Sequence record: PX880103.1
Length of the DNA: 64,000 bases
Strand: one strand, 5' to 3'
Source of the DNA: a phage
Below the pieces are notes generated by a model, which worked only from the letters and a program-made list of their open reading frames with translations, had not been told where the DNA came from and searched no databases. Position numbers and translations under genes: made by a program. Positions 1 through 8,162 of this stretch are shown piece by piece (positions within the stretch are counted from its first letter, which is position 1; each line of letters begins with the position of its first letter).

Positions 1-390
1 CATTGTATTCAAAACGATATTGGTGGGAGACTAAGAATTAATAATGGTGGAGCTATTGCAGGCGGCGGTGGCGGCGGTGGCGGCGGTAACAGGGGTAGAC
101 TATCATTTGGTGGTGGCGGTGGTCGCCCATTCGGTGCTGGCGGGTCTTCCTCTCATATGAGTTCCGGTGCAACTGCTGGCACCATTTCCGCTCCGGGTAA
201 AGGATCTGTTGGTGAGGGGTCTCTTAGTGCATATACAGGCGGTGCTGGCGGTAACGTTGGTGCTGCTGGAGGAAGATGTAATACTCAAGGTACCGGTACA
301 GAATATAACGGAGGAGCTGCTGGTTATGCCGTCATAGGGTCCGCTCCAACGTGGATAAATGTTGGAGCAATATATGGTCCAAGAGTATAA
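1..390 (+). CDS. 38: Distal tail-fibre adhesin gp38, C-terminal part (5' end outside window)
   Basis: Frame is open from nt 1 to the stop at 388-390. Translation has poly-Gly blocks (GGGGGGGGG, GGGGG, GGAGGN, GGAAG) separated by short variable segments, as in T2-type gp38 adhesins; lies directly upstream of holin t. Confidence 0.7.
   Translation, partial: HCIQNDIGGRLRINNGGAIAGGGGGGGGGNRGRLSFGGGGGRPFGAGGSSSHMSSGATAGTISAPGKGSVGEGSLSAYTGGAGGNVGAAGGRCNTQGTGTEYNGGAAGYAVIGSAPTWINVGAIYGPRV
61..87 (+). repeat. (GGC GGC GGT)x3 glycine-codon tract inside gene 38; a shorter tract follows at about 109-123
   Basis: Direct reading: ggcggcggtggcggcggtggcggcggt. Confidence 0.8.
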
Positions 391-394
391 TTTG

Positions 395-402
395 AATAAA
401 TA
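395..402 (+). promoter_or_regulatory. Late-promoter-like box AATAAATA upstream of t
   Basis: 7/8 match to T4 late consensus TATAAATA, about 19 nt before the ATG; AAAGGAGGG Shine-Dalgarno follows. Confidence 0.3.
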
Positions 403-420
403 TCCTTAAAAGGAGGGTCT

Positions 421-1077
421 ATGGCAGCACCTAGAATATCATTTTCGCCCTCTGATATTCTGTTTGGTGTTCTAGATCGCTTGTTCAAAGATAACGCTAC
501 CGGGAAAGTTCTTGCTTCCCGGGTAGCTGTCGTAATTCTTTTGTTTATAATGGCGATTGTTTGGTATAGGGGAGATAGTTTCTTTGAGTACTATAAGCAA
601 TCAAAGTATGAAACATACAGTGAAATTATTGAAAAGGAAAGAACTGCACGCTTTGAATCTGTCGCCCTGGAACAACTCCAGATAGTTCATATATCATCTG
701 AGGCAGACTTTAGTGCGGTGTATTCTTTCCGCCCTAAAAACTTAAACTATTTTGTTGATATTATAGCATACGAAGGAAAATTACCTTCAACAATAAGTGA
801 AAAATCACTTGGAGGATATCCTGTTGATAAAACTATGGATGAATATACAGTTCATTTAAATGGACGTCATTATTATTCCAACTCAAAATTTGCTTTTTTA
901 CCAACTAAAAAGCCTACTCCCGAAATAAACTACATGTACAGTTGTCCATATTTTAATTTGGATAATATCTATGCTGGAACGATAACCATGTACTGGTATA
1001 GAAATGATCATATAAGTAATGACCGCCTTGAATCAATATGTGCTCAGGCGGCCAGAATATTAGGAAGGGCTAAATAA
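421..1077 (+). CDS. t: Holin T
   Basis: 218 aa, the size of T4 holin; N-terminal TM segment (VAVVILLFIMAIVWY) then large periplasmic domain; ATG at 421 with strong SD. Confidence 0.9.
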   Translation: MAAPRISFSPSDILFGVLDRLFKDNATGKVLASRVAVVILLFIMAIVWYRGDSFFEYYKQSKYETYSEIIEKERTARFESVALEQLQIVHISSEADFSAVYSFRPKNLNYFVDIIAYEGKLPSTISEKSLGGYPVDKTMDEYTVHLNGRHYYSNSKFAFLPTKKPTPEINYMYSCPYFNLDNIYAGTITMYWYRNDHISNDRLESICAQAARILGRAK

Positions 1078-1350
1078 TTATTTGTTCGTATACATCTCTA
1101 GATATCGATATACACCCTCAAAACCCTCGTTGAATTCGTCGATGAGGGTTTTCTTATCTTCTTGGGTTAATTCAGAAACAATTTTACGGAATGAATTCTG
1201 ATTCAACTTTCTACCTTCATGCATTACTCCAATCTCATTTAGAAATGCAATAAAATTAGCACGATTCTCAACAATATCTTCTCTGGAAAATTTAATCAAA
1301 ATAGACGCAACAGTAATAATTTCACGAACTGTATCAATGTTTTTATTCAT
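1078..1350 (-). CDS. asiA: Anti-sigma70 factor AsiA
   Basis: 90 aa; sequence recognisable as AsiA (MNKNIDTVREIITVASILIKFSREDIVENRANFIAFLNEIG...); ATG confirmed at 1348-1350. Confidence 0.9.
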   Translation of the reverse strand: MNKNIDTVREIITVASILIKFSREDIVENRANFIAFLNEIGVMHEGRKLNQNSFRKIVSELTQEDKKTLIDEFNEGFEGVYRYLEMYTNK

Positions 1351-1362
1351 TAACTATACCAC

Positions 1363-1515
1363 TCAATTAGCTGACTTTGTTATAATATCATCAGACGCTT
1401 GATTTGTAAACTGGTCTGTGTTATTTTCTTCAAAAATTTTTTCTACGAATTCCTTGAACGATTCACGTTCCTGAGCTACATTATGCTCGATTACTTTTTC
1501 AAGATTATGACTCAT
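1363..1515 (-). CDS. Small hypothetical protein (50 aa, asiA.1 position)
   Basis: Below track cutoff; ATG overlaps arn stop (ATGA), ends before asiA; acidic protein MSHNLEKVIEHNVAQERESF... Confidence 0.35.
   Translation of the reverse strand: MSHNLEKVIEHNVAQERESFKEFVEKIFEENNTDQFTNQASDDIITKSAN
1382..1411 (-). promoter_or_regulatory. Early promoter (GTTTAC-N18-TATTAT) upstream of asiA
   Basis: Minus-strand GTTTAC at 1406-1411 and TATTAT at 1382-1387; approximate. Confidence 0.45.
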
Positions 1516-1790
1516 TCGAAATAATCTTCAATTTCATAATCAAGGACATAAATCATTATAGTTTTTAATACATCATCAATACTTTTTCCTGGAGCTGGAA
1601 TTACGTAAAAATATCCTGCTTTTGAGAGGTCTTTATAAGTTCCAATCAAGAAATCATTATTCTCAAGATGTAGTTCTTCAACTAATTCATTGACAATTGA
1701 ATGGTATAAATTTGGTAGAAACTTATATAGCTTTTCTAGAATATCAATTTTGATTGTGTATTGAACCACGGACTGAGAATCAATAATCAT
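1512..1790 (-). CDS. arn: Anti-restriction nuclease Arn (McrBC inhibitor)
   Basis: 92 aa, acidic, matches T4 Arn in size and position between asiA and motA; ATG with AAGGGGAAGG SD. Confidence 0.8.
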   Translation of the reverse strand: MIIDSQSVVQYTIKIDILEKLYKFLPNLYHSIVNELVEELHLENNDFLIGTYKDLSKAGYFYVIPAPGKSIDDVLKTIMIYVLDYEIEDYFE

Positions 1791-1873
1791 AGACCTTCCC
1801 CTTATGTTTCTGTTTGCGATTAGATTCTTTAAACGCTTTCTTCTTATCCTTATGAACAGAAGCTTTATTAAAA

Positions 1874-2092
1874 TTATGTTTTGCGACTAAATTGTTCATA
1901 GTGCTGAATTACCTCTCTTAAACATTTGCATGTGAATGAAAACTTTTTAGCTACACCACATTCAAATATATGTTCTCTTAAATCACGTGTATCGGTATAT
2001 CCCATCTCAACAATAAAATGCCGTATTAGATTTTTATCTTTATCATTGAGAGAATTAAAATAATCAGATTTTGAATTAATTTCCCTGGCCAA
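1874..2092 (-). CDS. Hypothetical protein (72 aa, arn.x position)
   Basis: ORF track; in the arn-motA accessory interval. Confidence 0.45.
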   Translation of the reverse strand: MAREINSKSDYFNSLNDKDKNLIRHFIVEMGYTDTRDLREHIFECGVAKKFSFTCKCLREVIQHYEQFSRKT

Positions 2093-2372
2093 ATTGAATC
2101 ACCTTCAGTTGACGTTTTAATTCTTTTATCATTTCTTCGTTCATCGCAATATAAAGATCGCGTAAAGCAGGTTTTAGCATTCCATTTACTGGAGAACTAA
2201 ATGGGCACACATAATCTTTTCCTACGAGCTTTTTAGTGAATTCCATATTACAGAACTGAAATGCCGGTTCATTGGCATAAATTCCCCATTTGGTTGACAT
2301 CATTTTATTAGCATATTCCAGCGCCTGGATTTGATTCATAATTCCATCAATTTGAAACTGTTTAATATTCAT
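2076..2372 (-). CDS. Hypothetical protein (98 aa)
   Basis: ORF track; tightly packed with neighbours. Confidence 0.5.
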   Translation of the reverse strand: MNIKQFQIDGIMNQIQALEYANKMMSTKWGIYANEPAFQFCNMEFTKKLVGKDYVCPFSSPVNGMLKPALRDLYIAMNEEMIKELKRQLKVIQFGQGN

Positions 2373-2833
2373 TAGTAAAGGTCCTCAGAGTAAAGTTCTT
2401 TTTCACTACCACCACGTTCAATACGTACTTGTCCAGCGTAAGTTGCAATAATCATTGCTTCTTCACGTGTCCAATAATTACTATATTGGTCAATAAACCC
2501 TTGGTCATCATCACAAACTTGCTGAGTAACTAATTGAGATTTAACTACATCTAAAACTTCTGCCATATCTTTAGAATAATGACGAGCACCTGGAATAATA
2601 AGAGTTCGTCCATCTTTTAATTTAAAACGGTTGGCTGCACAGACAATTCGTCGTTGATACTTTTGGTTTTCATCCCAGTACGCAGTCTGCCAACAAATTT
2701 CAGGAACTTCATCTAAAACATTTTGTTCTGTATATTCACCACCGTGAGAAGCTAATTTAGCAGCCAGACTTTCCGGAGTCTCACGCGACAAAGCTTTATC
2801 TAACAGAGCTAAACGTTCTTTAAAAGTTTTCAT
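2372..2833 (-). CDS. Hypothetical protein (153 aa)
   Basis: ORF track; stop/start overlap with flanking ORFs. Confidence 0.55.
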   Translation of the reverse strand: MKTFKERLALLDKALSRETPESLAAKLASHGGEYTEQNVLDEVPEICWQTAYWDENQKYQRRIVCAANRFKLKDGRTLIIPGARHYSKDMAEVLDVVKSQLVTQQVCDDDQGFIDQYSNYWTREEAMIIATYAGQVRIERGGSEKELYSEDLY

Positions 2834-3159
2834 TTAAACCATCCTTTAATACGTTGCCACAAAGTTTTCTGTTGAGCTTTGTTAACACCAATTGAGCGAA
2901 TAACTGGTTGAGATTCCTGGAATTCTTTATAATCAGCAAGGTAAATTTCGTAAGCTGCATCCGTAAAGGAACTTATCGCTGCCATAAAATTATTGCGAAT
3001 ACCTACTGGAGCATCTTTACTTTCACGAATAATCATGTATTTACCAGTCTTAATCTTTACAATAGTTCCAAGATAAGCTCCATGGTACCAAATATCCCAA
3101 CCCTCTTGAGTAGGTTCTGCGCAACGACGAAGTTCATTAACAATTTCTAACTTGTTCAT
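2830..3159 (-). CDS. Hypothetical protein (109 aa, motA.1 position)
   Basis: ORF track; 4-nt overlap with upstream gene. Confidence 0.55.
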   Translation of the reverse strand: MNKLEIVNELRRCAEPTQEGWDIWYHGAYLGTIVKIKTGKYMIIRESKDAPVGIRNNFMAAISSFTDAAYEIYLADYKEFQESQPVIRSIGVNKAQQKTLWQRIKGWFK

Positions 3160-3169
3160 TATTTATTCC

Positions 3170-3805
3170 TCACAGTTCAGATGCTACAGTGATTACAGCT
3201 TCAATGTTTTCTGCCGAGCGTTTAATATCAAGATACACATTACCGTTTTTAGCGATTTTACATGACATTCCGATATCAGTAAATTTCTGAATATGATGTT
3301 CCATCATTTTGTATCCAAAAATTCGCATATTTCCATTATTGTTAATTTCAAAATTACGAATTCCGTGAGTGCGTTTTTCTAAAATAGCAAGATAGTTACT
3401 GCGATAAGTTTCAACCTTTTTAAGAACAAATCCATTTTCATCTAAAAGTTTTAACATGAGGTCTTTATCTTCTTCCATATCGGAAGTAATCTCACGAGCT
3501 TTACGAGTTGCTCGTTTTTTCAGCAGTTCCGGAGCATTTTCCTGTGCATATAAAGTTGCTGCATTTGAAATAATATCTTGAGCTTCACCAGTAATGATTA
3601 ATCCATCACCAGATTTCTCCACTAGGCCTTTTTTAATCAATACCCCAATATTACTATTAACTACCGCGTTACCTAAATCTGGATGCACCTCACGAACTTC
3701 TGCGGCTGTAATGAAATCTTTCTTAGCAATGGTAATTAAAATCGCAGCAGTTTTTTCATTCAGAACATCGTTAGAAGCTTTGATGATGTAAGTTACTTTA
3801 GACAT
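3170..3805 (-). CDS. motA: Middle-transcription activator MotA
   Basis: 211 aa, the size of T4 MotA; ATG confirmed at 3803-3805 behind a GGAG SD in the conserved leader. Confidence 0.9.
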   Translation of the reverse strand: MSKVTYIIKASNDVLNEKTAAILITIAKKDFITAAEVREVHPDLGNAVVNSNIGVLIKKGLVEKSGDGLIITGEAQDIISNAATLYAQENAPELLKKRATRKAREITSDMEEDKDLMLKLLDENGFVLKKVETYRSNYLAILEKRTHGIRNFEINNNGNMRIFGYKMMEHHIQKFTDIGMSCKIAKNGNVYLDIKRSAENIEAVITVASEL

Positions 3806-3846
3806 TTTCTAATCTCCGTAATTCTGTATCAGTAGTTGATAGTTGT

Positions 3847-3876
3847 ATAGTACCACAGTATGCTTTGGTTGTAAAC
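3847..3876 (-). promoter_or_regulatory. Early promoter for motA (GTTTAC-N18-TACTAT) with conserved leader
   Basis: Minus-strand GTTTAC at 3871-3876 and TGgTACTAT at 3847-3855, followed by leader ACAACTATCAACTACTGATACAG...GGAG. Confidence 0.7.
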
Positions 3877-3910
3877 CGTTTTGTGAAAAAAAAAATTTTA
3901 AAATAAAAAA

Positions 3911-3930
3911 GGGAGAGCCTCGGCTCTCCC
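3911..3930 (-). terminator. Hairpin plus T-run downstream of gene 52 operon
   Basis: gggagagcc..ggctctccc inverted repeat followed on the minus strand by TTTTTTATTTT. Confidence 0.65.
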
Positions 3931-3935
3931 TAAAA

Positions 3936-4085
3936 TTACTGCATGACTGTGATAACTGTCATGATAACACGTTGAATTCCAAACGCAAGAAGACCTCCTG
4001 CTACGGCTGGAACAACACCTAACCCTGCCAGTAAAATGCTACCAGATACTAATGCAGCGCTTGTAATACCAATGAATGGACTCAT
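3936..4085 (-). CDS. Small hydrophobic peptide (49 aa)
   Basis: Below track cutoff; ATG overlaps gene 52 stop; MSPFIGITSAALVSGSILLAGLGVVPAVAGGLLAFGIQRVIMTVITVMQ, one or two TM helices. Confidence 0.4.
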   Translation of the reverse strand: MSPFIGITSAALVSGSILLAGLGVVPAVAGGLLAFGIQRVIMTVITVMQ

Positions 4086-5410
4086 TTGATTTCCTCTAAA
4101 TCTTTGGTGTATTCAGTAACTACATCAGTAGTTTTCCAATATTCGTTTTCTTCTTTTTTAGCTTTAGCTTCTTCAGCAAGTTTCTTTGCTTCATCGGAAG
4201 TCATATGAAAAATATTCATTCCAACTAGTTTATCAACATAAGAAGAATACATATCGATTTTCGAAAGTTCTTCGGTCAGTTCTTTACGAGTTTTACCCTG
4301 TACAACAATTTCACCTGAAATTACTTTCTTAATGAAATGTGCCTTGGCAAAGGCTAAACGAAAAGCTGACTCAGTTTCTTTAATTTTGTTATCAATTCGT
4401 TTTTGGACATAAGTTTTACGAACTTCAACAAAGTCTTTAATTAAATCAACTACGTTATCGTAAACTTGTAGTTTTCCTTTCTCATTAATAACCGTAATAT
4501 TCTGAGAACGACGCTCAATCAACCCGAAGTCTTTCATAATTTTTGCATGGCGTTCTTCTTCGTTATCGCTCAAAGAGTATTCTTTGCGGAATTTAACTTT
4601 GAAGCCAAAACCATGCTCACCACAAGCATCATCCCATGTAATGAAGCCTTTATCTTCAAGTGGGTCTAAGATTTTACTCACATAAGTTTCACGATCATAC
4701 TTGTACGGAATCTCAGTGATATGCATTTGAGTTCGTGAAGTAAACTTATATGTTCCACGAATTTCATATTGCCCATCAATTTCAACGACTTCACCGCGAA
4801 ATTCTGGGAATTCTACCTTCGGTTTAGTTACTTTCTTTCCTTGAAGAGCTTGCAGTACAGCTTTCTTGACAGAAGAAACACTATGAGGAAGAATGTAAGT
4901 TGCATAACCAGTTGCAATACCGGAAACGCCATTAAGAAGAACAGTAGGAATAATAGGCAAATAGAAAGCAGGCGGAATGTGTTCTTTATCTTGATGTACC
5001 GGAGCATATTCAGTATCTTTATATACGTTATAGAAATTTTTACTTACACGAGCAAAAATATAACGACTTGCTGCTGCTTTTTGAACGGTACGAGAACCAA
5101 AGTTTCCTTGACCATCTAACAGAGGAAAGTTATTATTCCAGGTGTTAGCCATCAAAGCGCCCGCATCTTGTGCAGAGTTTTCGCCATGGTGATATCCAAG
5201 GTCCGCTACACCACCTGCGATAGAAGCGAGTTTGTGAAACTTATCTTTATTTCCTCGCGCCAAATCAAGAGCTCGAGCAATAACAAATCGTTGAACTGGC
5301 TTAAATCCATCAATCATATTTGGAATAGCACGATTTTCAACCGTGTACATAGCATAAGCCAATGCTTCATTATCAATGATACTTTTTAAATCGCGATTAT
5401 TCAGTTGCAT
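4082..5410 (-). CDS. 52: DNA topoisomerase II medium subunit gp52
   Basis: 442 aa as in T4 gp52; GyrA-like breakage-reunion sequence; ATG confirmed. Confidence 0.95.
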   Translation of the reverse strand: MQLNNRDLKSIIDNEALAYAMYTVENRAIPNMIDGFKPVQRFVIARALDLARGNKDKFHKLASIAGGVADLGYHHGENSAQDAGALMANTWNNNFPLLDGQGNFGSRTVQKAAASRYIFARVSKNFYNVYKDTEYAPVHQDKEHIPPAFYLPIIPTVLLNGVSGIATGYATYILPHSVSSVKKAVLQALQGKKVTKPKVEFPEFRGEVVEIDGQYEIRGTYKFTSRTQMHITEIPYKYDRETYVSKILDPLEDKGFITWDDACGEHGFGFKVKFRKEYSLSDNEEERHAKIMKDFGLIERRSQNITVINEKGKLQVYDNVVDLIKDFVEVRKTYVQKRIDNKIKETESAFRLAFAKAHFIKKVISGEIVVQGKTRKELTEELSKIDMYSSYVDKLVGMNIFHMTSDEAKKLAEEAKAKKEENEYWKTTDVVTEYTKDLEEIK

Positions 5411-5414
5411 AAAT

Positions 5415-5555
5415 TTACCATACTAGTGAATGTAGTGCCATAATAACATCAGAAATGAAAAGCACGACTTGAATTAATCCGAACATTACTCCATAATATA
5501 GTGCTACCAATAAAGTAGCAAGGGCTAATGAATAGCCCAAGATTTTCTTAATCAT
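5415..5555 (-). CDS. Small membrane peptide (46 aa, 52.1 position)
   Basis: Below track cutoff; MIKKILGYSLALATLLVALYYGVMFGLIQVVLFISDVIMALHSLVW; start overlaps upstream stop. Confidence 0.4.
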   Translation of the reverse strand: MIKKILGYSLALATLLVALYYGVMFGLIQVVLFISDVIMALHSLVW

Positions 5556-5706
5556 TAGTGGATAACAACACAAATGTTAAATATGCACACATACCCTGGG
5601 CTAAAGCTTGTGAAAACACACTGCTAGCATCGATACAGATAGTTAAAACACATGCTACTATCCAACAAATAAATGAAATAACTCCTAATAATTTTGCGAT
5701 ATTCAT
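5548..5706 (-). CDS. Small membrane protein (52 aa, ac-like by position)
   Basis: Below track cutoff; GAGGAAA SD; two hydrophobic segments; T4 ac (about 51 aa) sits between stp and 52.1. Confidence 0.45.
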   Translation of the reverse strand: MNIAKLLGVISFICWIVACVLTICIDASSVFSQALAQGMCAYLTFVLLSTND

Positions 5707-5713
5707 ATTTTCC

Positions 5714-5794
5714 TCACTGACGTCCGAATACGCCTTTGGTTTTAAGATTGTTACGATAGAACTGCATCACATGTTCGTTATGGAAATTACTCAT
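5714..5794 (-). CDS. stp: Stp peptide (26 aa; activator of host PrrC anticodon nuclease in T4)
   Basis: Translation [26 protein letters not shown]; ATG overlaps ndd stop (TAATG); matches the T4 order ndd-stp-ac. Confidence 0.6.
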
Positions 5795-6249
5795 TAATAT
5801 GCCTGTAAAACAAATTTAAAGTTATCAGCCAACATACGATTCATTTCTTCAAGTGTTTGATACTCAGAATGATGATTACGAGTAAACGCCAAAGCTAACT
5901 GACCTTTTCCAAATCCCGTCGTTAGAGGTTTCATCTTAGAAGCAGGCAAATAAAACACTGTGTATGGAACATTGTTATTTGCAATAGTACGCGCAAGTTG
6001 AGACCGGCGTTGACGAATATGACTTAAAACCGCACTGAATCCTTGCTTAGAACGCTGATTACCTACATAAAATCGTGCAGATACGCATGGATTACTAAAT
6101 GGACCACCGAGTTTACTCACTAAAAAGTAAAATCCAGGTTTAGACAAAATGTCTTTGTGCGGAGTTCCCAAAAACCACTCACCACCCTTGATTGTACCAA
6201 TAACAGTAGCGCCTGCATTATTCAGATCAATAACAGTCATATATTTCAT
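5794..6249 (-). CDS. ndd: Nucleoid disruption protein Ndd
   Basis: 151 aa from ATG at 6249 (track start at 6297 is GTG inside the upstream region); GAGGAAA SD. Confidence 0.85.
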
Positions 6250-6309
6250 ATTAATTTCCTCTAAATTATTTTCTACTCCAAGGCCGCATGAATACACACG
6301 GCCATTAAA

Positions 6310-6525
6310 TTAATCGTCGCAGTCGACGCTCAATTCCCAAAACTCTTCTACAGTATAAGTTTCAGTATCATTTTCAATACAGAAACGTTCATTACTATTG
6401 TTTGCTAAAGTAGCATTAACTGTCATTTTCTCGCTAGTGCTCTTAAGAGGTGAAATACGAATTAACTGATCACCGTTATCTAAACAGAAAATTTCACCAA
6501 CTTTTACATCTTTAAAGATTTTCAT
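6310..6525 (-). CDS. Hypothetical protein (71 aa, ndd.x position)
   Basis: ATG with GAGGTGA SD. Confidence 0.55.
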   Translation of the reverse strand: MKIFKDVKVGEIFCLDNGDQLIRISPLKSTSEKMTVNATLANNSNERFCIENDTETYTVEEFWELSVDCDD

Positions 6526-6533
6526 AATTCACC

Positions 6534-6644
6534 TCAAGGAGTATAAAATCCAAATGCAGTTGTTGACCATCCCATCCAATACGGAAAATTTGCACCGATG
6601 TAAAACACGAGAATATAAAACCAAATACCCAGTAAATTCATCAT
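6534..6644 (-). CDS. Small hydrophobic peptide (36 aa)
   Basis: Below track cutoff; MMNLLGIWFYILVFYIGANFPYWMGWSTTAFGFYTP; start overlaps upstream stop. Confidence 0.35.
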   Translation of the reverse strand: MMNLLGIWFYILVFYIGANFPYWMGWSTTAFGFYTP

Positions 6645-6838
6645 TTTACACCATTCCAAATTGTTTCAACTACTGATTTTAAACCATTTTGATGAATATC
6701 CATTCCGACTACTGCCATCAAATAGATTCCAACTACAACTGAACCTAGCGCAAAAATCAGCATGAAAATGAATAAAGCCGGAAAAATATTATCGAAAAAC
6801 CATTCCATAAATGTAAAAGCACTGCGTTTACGCTTCAT
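6641..6838 (-). CDS. Small membrane protein (65 aa)
   Basis: ATG at 6838 with GAGGAAA SD (track start at 6859 is TTG); hydrophobic core. Confidence 0.5.
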   Translation of the reverse strand: MKRKRSAFTFMEWFFDNIFPALFIFMLIFALGSVVVGIYLMAVVGMDIHQNGLKSVVETIWNGVK

Positions 6839-6845
6839 ATTTTCC

Positions 6846-6959
6846 TCACATAAATCCAAAGTAAACGTTTAACACATCAATCATTAAAACGATTGGGAAT
6901 ATACTCAAAACTATTAGTATTATAACTACATTCCATATAGCTTTAATAATCTTTTTCAT
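6846..6959 (-). CDS. Small membrane peptide (37 aa)
   Basis: True ATG follows the promoter cassette GGAGGAACAGAAA; MKKIIKAIWNVVIILIVLSIFPIVLMIDVLNVYFGFM. The track's 82-aa version is the cassette read in frame. Confidence 0.45.
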   Translation of the reverse strand: MKKIIKAIWNVVIILIVLSIFPIVLMIDVLNVYFGFM

Positions 6960-6987
6960 TTTCTGTTCCTCCGTAGTTGATAGGGTA

Positions 6988-7017
6988 ATAGTACCACGGA
7001 AGAACAGTCTTGTAAAC
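6988..7017 (-). promoter_or_regulatory. Early promoter cassette (GTTTAC-N18-TACTAT plus conserved leader)
   Basis: Minus-strand GTTTAC at 7012-7017 and TACTAT at 6988-6993. Confidence 0.6.
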
Positions 7018-7024
7018 AACTTTT

Positions 7025-7123
7025 TTAAAAATATTCGTAATAAATGTGAATACCAACTACTACCGCTGAAACCTGTGCAACCCACCACGCACAAGCAATA
7101 AGTACAGAATTCATAATTTTCAT
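7025..7123 (-). CDS. Small hydrophobic peptide (32 aa)
   Basis: Below track cutoff; SD TGAGG; MKIMNSVLIACAWWVAQVSAVVVGIHIYYEYF. Confidence 0.35.
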   Translation of the reverse strand: MKIMNSVLIACAWWVAQVSAVVVGIHIYYEYF

Positions 7124-7206
7124 AATAACCTCATTACAAAAGTAAATATTAAACAAATTACTGGAATACTAATTAACCAAACAAAACACCACCACAATGA
7201 ACTCAT
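7120..7206 (-). CDS. Small hydrophobic peptide (28 aa)
   Basis: Below track cutoff; MSSLWWCFVWLISIPVICLIFTFVMRLL; overlaps the next start. Confidence 0.3.
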   Translation of the reverse strand: MSSLWWCFVWLISIPVICLIFTFVMRLL

Positions 7207-7263
7207 AGCTCAATCTCAGCGATTTTCATTTCATTCTCCAAATCCGTATCAGTTGATAGTTGT

Positions 7264-7293
7264 ATAGTACCACGGTCCTTGTGGTATGTAAAC
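7264..7293 (-). promoter_or_regulatory. Early promoter cassette with duplicated imm.1 leader and first four codons
   Basis: Minus-strand GTTTAC at 7288-7293 and TACTAT at 7264-7269; leader ...GGAGAATGAAATGAAAATCGCT is identical to the imm.1 start region (33889-33903). Confidence 0.6.
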
Positions 7294-7308
7294 TGTTTTG
7301 TGAATTTT

Positions 7309-7866
7309 TTAAATGAAAAGATACCATCCATTGTAGTTGCTTTTTCTTACAACCTTACGAAGGTCTTCTCTGTCACCGATGAACTTCGGAGTGTACTGGA
7401 TGACACCTGGATGAATTTCTTTAGTGTTGAATATAATTATACAGTCAGCGACTTGATGATTTAGAATGGGCCCTAGATTTATTCCAGAACCGTATGGATA
7501 CTCTCCGCTGCATCCTGTTGTTACAGAAATCCAACGTGAGTCAGTTTGGTGTGTCTTAACTTCTACACGAAGCCCGCAGTATTTTGGATGTGCTAAAACA
7601 TCCCATGCATATGTGTACGGATCATCGACATCTTCTTGGCCTTTATTGACATACCCGCTTAGCCAATCTGCTACAAAAAATTCTGCGTACACAGCGATAC
7701 GGCATCTTTCGATAACTTCTGCCTTATCCTGATTTGGGTTTTGTTTTAAAGAGTATCTTGCAGTATCAGCAATTTTGGCCTTCATTTCACTAGTCAAGTC
7801 ACTGTTCGATAGGGTAAATGACGGAATCTGAAATAGTCTCTGCAAACCCGGATTCGTTTTCTGCAT
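7309..7866 (-). CDS. denB: Endonuclease IV DenB
   Basis: 185 aa as in T4 DenB, between ndd and rIIB; ATG confirmed. Confidence 0.8.
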   Translation of the reverse strand: MQKTNPGLQRLFQIPSFTLSNSDLTSEMKAKIADTARYSLKQNPNQDKAEVIERCRIAVYAEFFVADWLSGYVNKGQEDVDDPYTYAWDVLAHPKYCGLRVEVKTHQTDSRWISVTTGCSGEYPYGSGINLGPILNHQVADCIIIFNTKEIHPGVIQYTPKFIGDREDLRKVVRKSNYNGWYLFI

Positions 7867-7932
7867 TTAAACTTTCCTTTTATGTCGGAATCACTGGTAT
7901 TCATATAATAAATCATAATTTCTCTTAAAACA

Positions 7933-7950
7933 AAAGGGCCGAAGCCCTTT
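7933..7950 (-). terminator. GGGCCGAAGCCC-type hairpin
   Basis: aaagggc-cgaa-gcccttt; T-run on both strands. Confidence 0.55.
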
Positions 7951-7953
7951 ATT

Positions 7954-8148
7954 TTACTTGAATTGTGCAATTCTTTTCTCTAGACATTCAGCATAAGATT
8001 TCATTGAGATAAACTGCGAAAGCAGCAGTTCTTGCTCAACTGCACTAACTGTTAGAAACTTTGCGCTTTCTAAAAATTTACTCAGTGCATTAATTTTGAG
8101 CATTAATTGATCGTATTCTTCTTTTACTCGTGCTTGATAACCTAACAT
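7954..8148 (-). CDS. Hypothetical protein (64 aa) between rIIB and denB
   Basis: ATG with AAGGAAA SD; bracketed by two GGGCCGAAGCCC hairpins. Confidence 0.55.
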   Translation of the reverse strand: MLGYQARVKEEYDQLMLKINALSKFLESAKFLTVSAVEQELLLSQFISMKSYAECLEKRIAQFK

Positions 8149-8162
8149 AATTTTCCTTAGTT

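Noticed and set aside
61-130. GGC/GGT repeat tracts as a possible CRISPR array or non-coding tandem repeat
   Set aside because: They are in frame inside gene 38 and encode the poly-Gly adhesin motifs; no spacer-repeat periodicity.
103-288. 61-aa minus-strand ORF overlapping gene 38
   Set aside because: Antisense shadow of the glycine-rich gp38 coding region; Ser/Thr/Ala low-complexity translation; no ribosome-binding site.
1790-1900. 39-codon minus-strand ORF between arn and the 72-aa ORF
   Set aside because: Overlaps the 3' end of ORF 1874..2092 by about 26 nt and has no Shine-Dalgarno; more likely part of the arn leader.
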